Assembly: GCA_023213395.1 (NCBI GenBank)
Contig: CM041465.1
Location: 21,638,001-21,702,000 of the forward strand
Reading direction: 5' to 3'
DNA: 64,000 nucleotides
Source of the DNA: Cycas panzhihuaensis
Taxonomy: Eukaryota > Plantae > Cycadophyta
Shown here: positions 55,299 to 64,000 of the stretch, piece by piece
Layout: each line of letters starts with the position of its first letter
Position numbering within the stretch: position 1 is the stretch's first letter
Translations under genes and position numbers: made by a program
Notes under the pieces: generated by a model
The model's input: the letters and a program-made list of their open reading frames with translations, nothing else
What the model was told of the DNA's origin: nothing
Database searches by the model: none

Positions 55299-57126
55299 TT
55301 GGAAAGCTAAAGGAGATTATATGAAGGACTTTGAGTTTAAGTTTTGACTCCAAAAGCCTCCCTTCACTAGGGTAATCCCCTCCTTAAGGCCTCCAAGCAT
55401 CCTACCATCCATCACCACAACTAGTGTGATATTTGGTAGTGAAACAAGTAACATTTCTTTCATAACCCCATCCTACACTTAGATTCTCACCCAAAACCAC
55501 TGTCCAACCATGAGACACCTATAACCATTTGAGAGGAACCACATCTAATAGAGGATCTTACCATTCTGAGGCAACCCCCGCTTTCTCCTTTTTCTCCTCT
55601 CTTCTCCCTAGTGTTGTATGGTGAGATTTTGAGTTAAGAAACATGATTTAAATTCATTTTGTTGTTGTAAATTATAATCTAAATTTTCTAACAACATCTT
55701 ACTAGAAGAGAGTTTATATATATATACATAATTTTACTTATAAAAGGGTTGTTCCTCTTGTGTCGCAGGTTGAGGAGCTCCTTTACAAGTAAAGTGACAT
55801 ATTTCAGGAGAGGTAACACTTTTTTATCTTTTTAAAATCCATTTCTACTTTGTTTCCTTTCTTTCTTGCATTGTTACATAGTTGGGAAAGGTAAGTAAGC
55901 CCCTCTCTCTAACTCCAACAACATTTTTAACAACTAAAGGAAGCAAAGGCATCAATAAAGGAGACACACGAAGAGGGATTACACTTCATCATCAAATACC
56001 ACAAAACATGATGCGCTTTTTCTAACCCCTTCTTCTCCTCTCCCTCTCTTCCTTTCTTCCTTCCCTAAGAGAATATTGCAAATATAACATACATTTATTT
56101 TCCTCTTTTACATATATACATCTCATATAGCCTCCAAAGATTACAAGCCCAAATAGATATATACTATGACACATGATATAGACAAACCGTATTACTTGTT
56201 CCTCTTGCATAATTAAGAAACATAGATTGCACTTTTTGTTTCTGCTTATTGCCTTAAAAAAAAAGAAAAGAGATCTAGTTAGATAGAAGTAACATTCTCT
56301 CAACATTTATTTCTCACATCCCAACCCTAACTTCTAAACGAAAGAGAGTGAGGAAAAGTGAGAAATAAAATTGTGTATATATTTATGTGCTTGTATTAAT
56401 TTTGTAATTTTTTTTTACAGTGATTGTTTTTGCATAAAACTAAACTTCATCTTAACAAAAAAAAAAACATAATCTTGGGAAACCTTTGCTCTTCTAGTAA
56501 CATAAGAAGAACATACAACCTAGTTGCAGCTAGATAGCTATGACATTATCTCATAACTCTTTTTTCCACATCCTAACTCCACCCCTTATTCTTCTTACAA
56601 CTCAAGAAGAATTTATAACCTATTTGTAACTGGATGGTTGTAACATTGCCTCTATTTTTCAAATCCAATGCCAAAACCCTAACCCCCTAGCGAAAATCCC
56701 CCAGGGTACGAATAAAGTGACCCCATCACTCCTTCTATCTCTTCACATCATTTCCATCTCTTTTTTTTTCTTGTTCCTCTTTTCGAAGGGAAGCCCCTTG
56801 CCCCTTATCTCCACCAAGGATAAGAGGGAATTGGTCACTGGCATAAACTTAAGTAAATAGAATATTTAAATTAGTTAATAAGGGTTTGTGGGAGTAACAT
56901 CCTCCTCTACTTTTCTTGGTAGTTAAGGCACTACCTCCCAAGAGCAACCTCTTGGGTAATATACAAACTATCTTAACTTCACTACCACCTTAGAGAAACA
57001 AAAGAAACTTAATTAAGAGGAGTTGGTTATAGCAACATCCTCTTCTTTTATTCCCAACACTTAAAATCCTAACCTCTAAGGATAAACCCTTAGGCCCCAA
57101 ATAAGTTATCTAAGGACATTGCCCCC

Positions 57127-57535
57127 TGTTTCCCAACCACTAAGAATGGGCAGGAGCGACATCTCTCAGGTAAGTATAGGTATACATTCCTATCTCTTGC
57201 CTTAGCTACTATTATGGCATGATGAGATGTATTTATGATTTCAATGGCATGATATAGTTATATAGCTTATTTTATTACATGGCTTGCTTACCTAGTTCTT
57301 ACCTATGACTATGATTTAGCCTATGATGACTAGGACCACAGTCTTATGGCATCACATAGCTCCTAGAAACACCTTCCTAGAGTTTGCAAGTCCTCATGGG
57401 CCTCCACAACCTACCTTAACTCACTTCTAGCTTGTTGTATGATCCCTTAGGATGGGTTTTAACTTGCTTACTCATCAACATTTTTTTATATTGATATCGA
57501 TGCTTGGTCTTCATCCTTTCCACATATTGGGAAGC
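57127..57535 (+). repeat. Tat-family LTR 5' fragment; right end approximate
   Basis: TGTTTCCCAACCACTAAGAATGG...; homologous to 25806-26220. Confidence 0.82.
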
Positions 57536-57539
57536 CCAC

Positions 57540-58542
57540 CGAGTTTAGGGTAGATTTTCCCCTACAACCAGCGAAGAAGAAGAGTCCCTGCAGGATTTTG
57601 TAGGAGGTTTCCCTAAGGGGTGGCTGTAGGTGACACTTGTTGGGGTGTATTTGAAGGAGAACCATGCAAAACTTACTTGAGAGTGCTTGGAGGGGAGCTT
57701 CCCACCACAGAGAAGAGCCATTGTAGGCAGATCCTGGACTGGAGTAGTAGGAAACGCAGGATTGCAGACGCACCTGTGGAAGGAAGGAGGAAAAGGGCAG
57801 AAACTACAGCAGTAGAAAGTCAAGTTAGAGAGCCAAGAGATGTAAAATGATGGTCTTTTTGGGTTTTATACTCATGTCAACCCTAATTAAGTGTTTAGGG
57901 CACGAATAGGGCTAAGTTGGGTGAGTGGCCACATGGTAATTCTGCGTAAAAGGTGAGAATTGCCATGGCAGATTAAAAAAATAAGTTGTAACAGTTGCAC
58001 CACGGTAAACTTCGTGGTACTGCTAAGTTTATAGCGGTGTAGGACCAGAAAGCCAGAATAATAATAATCTGGGTTCCGGGAGCCTTAAAAGCTGATGTGG
58101 CAGGCCAGGGAGGGGCTGCCCCTTCTGTCCAAATGGCTAGGGACAATATGGAAAGCATGTGAACAAGGCCAGAAGTGGTGTCAAGGGCTAAAGGTCCTAG
58201 AAATGTGATGATAAGGATGCGAGGTCAGGCTATGAACGGGTCATACAAATCAAGTGACGCTTAAGACGATGTGGAGGCAGCACAGAGGGACATAGAGTGC
58301 CATGGAGAAGCCTACCTTATAGAAAGGTAGGTCCCACTAGTCGTCATAGGCTCACAATACGACAAACAACATGATCAAGCCAAATGGATGCAAGGTGATC
58401 ATATAAATGAAGTAGTCAATCACGCAATGAGGTAATACTTATGTTAACCTTCCCAAAGAAACAACAAAAGTGAAAAGGAAGAAGCATACCTATGCTTACC
58501 TAAGTCGACCTGTCCATATCCATTCTTAGTAGTTGGGAAACA
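57540..58542 (-). repeat. Tat-family LTR 5' fragment (inverted), apparently inserted in the LTR that starts at 60138
   Basis: Ends GTTGGGAAACA at 58542; homologous to ~7200-8173. Confidence 0.8.
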
Positions 58543-60644
58543 GTAGTGGACAGGAAAGGAAACAAATGTTACAAAGCCTGTAAAAGTTGCCTATGTTACA
58601 AGTATACTATGGGCAATAAATTGCGACATGGGCTATTCCAGGACTGAAGGTAAATATAAGACATTATTTGGGGCTAGAGGAGCTACCTAAAAGAGGTGTG
58701 TTGGCCTAGAAATAATGTAATAAGGGTTGTATATGTTGATATCCAGTGCAAGCCTAATTCTAAAGACTCCCCGATGACCCAAGAGAGGCACAAGTGAAGG
58801 AGAGGAAAGAGGAGAAGGGGATTGCCCTTGAGAAGTAGGCCTAGTGGGTATGGATCTTGTCTTAGCTCCTTTCTCTCTCTCTTTATGAGTCCTCTCCCGT
58901 AGCCTCCTTGGAAAAAACCAGGGGAGGATAGGGAGATGAAGAGCGTAATCAGACAAAGAATAGAGGGATACCGCCTATGTGCAGTAAAGAAGACAATGAA
59001 AGGAATAATGTGCTAAAAAACCTAACCTTTTAAAAGACAAACCCAAGGAAAGACATGGAACAACAATGGAAAATACCTGCCAGGTTGTGTGAGAGGTAGA
59101 TCTACCCCTATAGACAGTAGAAAATGGAAGATCTGGTATGCTTATAAGGTATACTAAGCAAGGTGTTGCACTGGAACCACACTTGCTGAAAGTTATAGGA
59201 AGGGCGTGGAGGCCACACTTGGGCATGAATCCTTGCTTGGAGGTGTTGGTTGGTGAGCCTATTGCTGCATATCAGAGCTGCAATGGGTAGATCTCAAGCT
59301 AGAATACAAGGAACTTGGATGGTGCAGGTGCGCCTATAGAAAACTTCTATGAAAAAGAGAGAAGAGAGCAAGGAAGGTAGAAGAAGAAGATGGGAAATGA
59401 AGTTGTTTCAGGCTTTATACCTAACTCTAGGTTGAATGGATGATTAGGGTTGAGGCAGGGCTCGAGAGGTGTCGAAGCTACATAGTAATTTCATGAAAAA
59501 AGTAAAATTTACCACAACAGATTTAAAAAAATAAGTTATGACAGTTGCCCTATGGCAAACTTCATGGTACTGTAAAGTTTACTGCAGTACCGCAATAATT
59601 GGCATGGTGCGGTGACAGAGACCAAAATAAGCCAAAGGGAGGATGCTTAGGAGCCTTAAAGGGAGTACCCCAAGCCTAGGAGGGGCTGGCCCTCTGTTGA
59701 GATGACTGGGGATAGTCAAATAGGGAAGATGACCTAAACCAGATGTGGTACCGAAGTGGTACGGCTATCAGAAAACTGATAATTAGCATAAGGATAAACC
59801 AATCACACTCAGCAGGGTGCTAAGGGCTATGATATGGCACAGGGTATGACAGATCACACGGGTTGAGTGGTGCTTAGGGCAATGTAGAGGTGCGTAGGAG
59901 GGTTGTGGAGTGCCATGGGGATGCATGTCCCACTGATCATCATAGGCTGAAAGAATGACAAGCAGCATGATTAAGTAATAGGATGCAAGGTGATCACTCA
60001 ATCGTGACAATCAGTCATACAATAATATGATGCTTCTATCTACCTTTCAAAAGAAGTAGTAAAGGTGAAAGGGAAGAATCATACCTATACTTACCTGAGT
60101 TGACTTTACAAGAACCCATTCCTGGGAGGTGGGAAACACTGCCCCCTGGGCAATAGAGCCTCACACCTCAAATGTATAATGCGACAGTGAATGCTGACAA
60201 CACACTGTCAGTAACATATATATATATATATATATATATCCAAATCATAATAATAATGCAGACCAAGGGCGATGACGAGTATCATGGAAGAAAACGTGGG
60301 TGTAAAGGAAAGTGTGAGATAATATAGGGGTTACCTATGTATCACATCATAGACAATAGGTAAAGGTAGTGGATGAGGGAGATGCCACCATCGTAAGAGT
60401 AAGGTGGAAGGGTGGTGATCACCACACCTAAAACCAGATAGAAGTCATAAATAAAGCTATGTATAGACACAAATCAAGAATAGCAAGAGCTATATGCTAA
60501 GATGCTAAGAGTAGAGTGAAGAGAACAAAACCTGGTGGTCACCATAGTTTAACCTCATTAGTGGCCAGTTTTCAGAGGCGCGAACAGGTCGCAATGCAAA
60601 GGATGACCTAGGACTTGGATGCATGCATAACCGAATAAGTCCCT

Positions 60645-61065
60645 CAAGATGGGTCACCAAAGAGAGGTAAGCGACGTTGAAGGATGAGGCAAACTAAGCT
60701 ATCTACCTTGACGTTGAGAGCCCCCAGAATATGTCAAATGTTGACAGATGAAAACAAGCCAACATGGATCTGCCAATTGAGGCAAAGGCCCTCAAGTGTA
60801 GGCACCACACTTGGTAGACCTAGGTGAGATGGGACACCACGACCTAAGATTCATAAAGGAGGATGATGGGTCTATGATGGAAGTGGAGTGCATCAGTAAG
60901 GGCCTTAATAACAACTGTGTACTCAGCTTTGTTATTGGTGGCTTCAGGAAGGAAGATCTTAGAGTACATGAAATCATATCCAAAAGGGTCATGGAGAATC
61001 CACGCAGTAGTGAAAGGGATAGGGTTACCACAAGTTATGCCATCAATGAAAATGAGTAAGGCCAT
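60645..61065 (-). pseudogene. Archaeal/plant-type RNase HI (aRH) ORF, second copy; 3' end approximate
   Basis: MALLIFIDGITCGNPIPFTTAWILHDP...EATNNKAEYTVVIKAL...ILLYES*...VYQV. Confidence 0.88.
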
Positions 61066-62206
61066 GACAAAAATAGAGGTCTCGTTAGAGACAAGAATGT
61101 TGATAGGATTGATGAGTAGAGAGGACTCAACAATATGAAATCATCGTAAAAGGCTCCAAATGGCTATCAATAAAGGCCACAATAGGCAGGAAGGCCCAAG
61201 GATGAGCCTACCCGAAGGTGAAGAGGGCTAATTAGCAGATGGGGAAGAATTGGCAATGAAAGACTCCTCTGGGGTGCCAAAGGTCACTTAAGGAAGTGAA
61301 ATGCAGTCTCGAACAGGGGGGACGCTTCCTTTGGAAGCCCCAGAGGTGTGAATGGGCAACAAAAATAGATCCAGGATGGAGAAATGAGTCAAACAAGTAT
61401 AAACGTGAGTATGTATGGAGATGACACATAAAACAAGGAAGAAGGGGCCTCGCAAGGCCAAAGAAAGGGTGCCGTAAATACACCTGATAGGTGCAAGGGA
61501 AAAGGAAGTCCAAGAAGGAAAAACTAGAGATGGACCTAGAAGGTAAAGGTGATCATGGAAAAGAGATGGTCTCAAGGGTTATCGCGATGAGAGAAATGGG
61601 AGAAGTGCCCATCGGGGCCCCCTCCTATATAAAGGAGACTCGACAAAAATGGAATTCATGTTCATGGGCTCACGAATGAATAAGATCCCTTCCCTCTATG
61701 TAGTAAAGCCTGCTCGACCTCAGAGGCACACCACGAGAGATCCGACCATTGGATCAGGATGCAGAGACAGCTAGTGGGACTAGGGAGACGAGATGGCAGT
61801 AACGAGACCAGATCTAGTGAGTGGATTGTCCGTACCCTAACCCATTTCATCAATTGAATTTTATTACTTTTTAATAATTTTCATTGTAGTTTTGGTCCCC
61901 TTAAGGACAAATAATAATCTCCTAGAGTTTGAATTAGACCTAGCAAGAGGTGGGACTAGGGCATTAGGAAGCCCTAGTCCTGGTGGGCCTAAGTGTGGCC
62001 CACCTGGGTAAACATTTTTATTTTTTTAGGCTAGAAACCCCCCATTTTTGGCAGGTGATACTAGCATCGCCACAAAGATCATGATGCCGTGATCTTTACT
62101 ACAGGGCTGCTAAGATTTAGATAAAATCTCAGTCGGCCCCATGCTAGACTCTGTAGTACCACAAAGTTTAGCGCGGTGTAAAGGCAGACTAGCTAAAAAT
62201 AAAAGG

Positions 62207-63226
62207 ATGGCCCGAAGGAGAGATAGATTTCAGTCTGAGAGAAGTGGGAGGTAGTCCTAAGGGCCAGCAGGTAGATTTGGACAGGTTTTGACTGTGTTTT
62301 AGGGTTTTGCAGGTAGTTATCGTGGTGAACAACTGCAAAAACATAGGAGTTGCCATGATTAGTTTTATCAAGATGATGACTCACGGAGACCGGTGAGTAC
62401 TGGGAAGATGTGGCCTATTGAAGGCCATTTGGACGCCACAGTATACATTAGACCAGCACCTCTTAGTGGATATAGTCTCGCACTAAGATTGACAGAGGCA
62501 TGTGTTGTATCTCCCCCAAGTGGGAGACGTTATAGTCACACTAGGAGATGTTAGGAGGATCCTAGGAGTACCAACAACTAGAGCACCAGCGTCATTAGGC
62601 ACACTGCCTAGTAATGACATTGCACATAGAGAGGCGACGACCTACTTTGCAGGTTAGTATCAATGGGAGAAGAGAGGTATACTGGTCCAGAGCATGATTA
62701 TGTCTAAGATTCCTCATGTGAGGAAATTGATTACTGTATGCATTTTATTTTGAATATCTTGGAAATAGAATTAGATGGATGCAGTGAGGAGATGTGAGGC
62801 TAGGGAGAGATTAGACTGGGCCATGCTGATAGCGGCGAACCTGGTCACCTAGTTGGATGTCATCATGGTAGTAAGGAGAGGAGGACTGTCATACAGCATG
62901 TTATTACAATGCTGGTTCTTTGACCACTTTGGAGCAGTGGCACTACTAAGAGGGGCTCACCTGATCTCAACATGGGCTCCTATGGTCTATAGGTGGCAGA
63001 CTCAGTTTAGGGGAACCGAGGACTAGGCACACATTAGGCACTCAGTGGAGGCTGCATCACTAAACCTCCTTACCATAACCGACTACACCACAGATCTATA
63101 TAGAGGGGTGAGGTGGGATAGTGACGATGAGGAGGAGGAGTGGGAGGTGCCCCTGGTGAGGGAGACTACGACGATGGGGGCGGTGAAGGTGACAGGGCCG
63201 ATCCATTGGGAGTGGAAGGTGGGGAG
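62207..63226 (+). pseudogene. Plant Mobile Domain (PMD, aminotransferase-like) ORF, antisense to the Tat element, decayed and interrupted by a Copia at 63227
   Basis: Manual translation LDQHLLVDIVSH*D*QRHVLYLPQVGDVIVTLGDVRRILGVP and LDWAMLIAANL...GGLSYSMLLQCWFFDHF...PMVYRW matches the PMD motifs LP.GE.T.TL.DV..ILG.P and LLQ.W..EH. Confidence 0.8.
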
Positions 63227-64000
63227 TGTTGGATATTGTGACAACAATTATGGGGCTAATATTTTGGCATGTTTTCGACGCAGTTTCCCCCCCTAATCTT
63301 TCTCGAGGGGTTTCAAGGGGGGCGGGAGCCCCCCTTAGCTGGGGGATGCGAGGGCGTGGAATACCCTCCACTATGAGGGGATTCGGGGGTGATAGCCCCC
63401 GACCCAAAAAATTAGCCATGTAAACCTTATTAAAATGTAAAGAGAATAAAGGTCATTTGATACAAATACCCTAGATTCTACGGTTGAGATTTAGGTCTTG
63501 GATGTTCCTCTCATGTAGATCATTTCAGGGCTTTTCTTATTATGTTGTAATGTAATGCAATGTACTATGATGAGGGTGGCAGTTGGTTATTATTCTTGAG
63601 AGCACTCTGCTACTGAGATGTACTATTTCTCTATTCTACAGCAATAAAGATCGATACCTTTCTTGTGTGGATGTTTCCCTAGCACATTACTAGGGTTTTA
63701 CCACGTTATATCGGGTGCACATGTGATGTTTGGCTTTCATTTTCATGTTATTATATAATCTCTGATTTTAGAACTTGCATGTAATTTTAAGTTTTGATTT
63801 TTGTAACTAGTTGTAAGAATGCAATAGATCTTGGTGGCAGTTCAAGGGTTGGGACCTTGTATTCTCAATAAGTGGTATCAGAGCCACTCTGTTTTCTTGC
63901 AGTAAGTTTGTAAAGGTTTTGGTGTCGACTTTTCTACACCAATGGCGAAACTAGCAGGTACAAAGTTCGAGGTGGAGAAATTCAATGGCAAAAACAACTT
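63227..64000 (+). mobile_element. Ty1/Copia element 5' end (LTR 63227-63870, PBS-iMet 63873-63885, gag start 63942); runs off the right edge
   Basis: LTR homologous to both solo LTRs; PBS TGGTATCAGAGCC; gag begins MAKLAGTKFEVEKFNGKNN (Tnt1/Tork-like). Confidence 0.93.
63942..64000 (+). CDS. gag: Copia gag-pol N-terminus (partial)
   Basis: KFEVEKFNGKNN motif 56 nt after the PBS. Confidence 0.85.
   Translation, partial: MAKLAGTKFEVEKFNGKNN

Larger units (their letters stand above)
58543..63226 (-). mobile_element. Tat-family element, 3' region: antisense PMD ORF, RNase H ORF, PPT, partial 3' LTR (58543-60138)
   Basis: PPT CCAGGGGGCAG abuts the LTR start TGTTTCCC at 60138; collinear with the plus-strand copy at 11699-11969 and 23712-25900. 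Confidence 0.85.

Noticed and set aside
57127-58542. TIR element or MITE with TGTTTCCCAA...TTGGGAAACA ends
   Set aside because: The ends are 5' termini of two Tat LTRs in opposite orientation, and the flanks CCCCC and GTAGT are not a TSD.
60087-60097. ATACTTACCTG as a U1 snRNA gene or U1-derived SINE
   Set aside because: Only the first 11 nt match; no U1 stem-loops or Sm site follow, and it sits at a fixed LTR position. Treated as a U1-complementary site on the other strand.

Overview
Land-plant nuclear DNA from a large, repeat-rich genome; a gymnosperm- or fern-like host is plausible but the species cannot be determined from this window. Most of the window is nested, decayed LTR retrotransposons, and the only host gene is a two-exon group-X AP2/ERF transcription factor (ABR1/ERF110/RAP2.6L-like, minus strand, 45067-46496) in a CpG-retaining island. 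Reconstructed nesting on the left: a Tat-clade Gypsy (1-8173, -) sits inside a Copia (8174-11698, +). That Copia and a full-length short-LTR Gypsy (11970-23706, -, TSD GAGCC/AAGCC) both sit inside a plus-strand copy of the Tat family. Further right are a chromovirus relic, solo LTRs with TSDs, a gag-only Copia-type element (49947-55298) and a second Tat 3' region interrupted by another Copia (63227-end). The most interesting system is the Tat family's 3' accessory module, seen twice in opposite orientations. It has an antisense Plant Mobile Domain ORF and a stand-alone RNase H ORF arranged divergently. A CpG-rich ~36-42 bp palindrome occurs both in the LTR and just upstream of the PMD ORF, and tandem U1-complementary motifs lie ~40 nt inside every LTR copy. 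All calls come from manual reading and translation; no searches were run, and boundaries marked approximate may be off by tens of bases.
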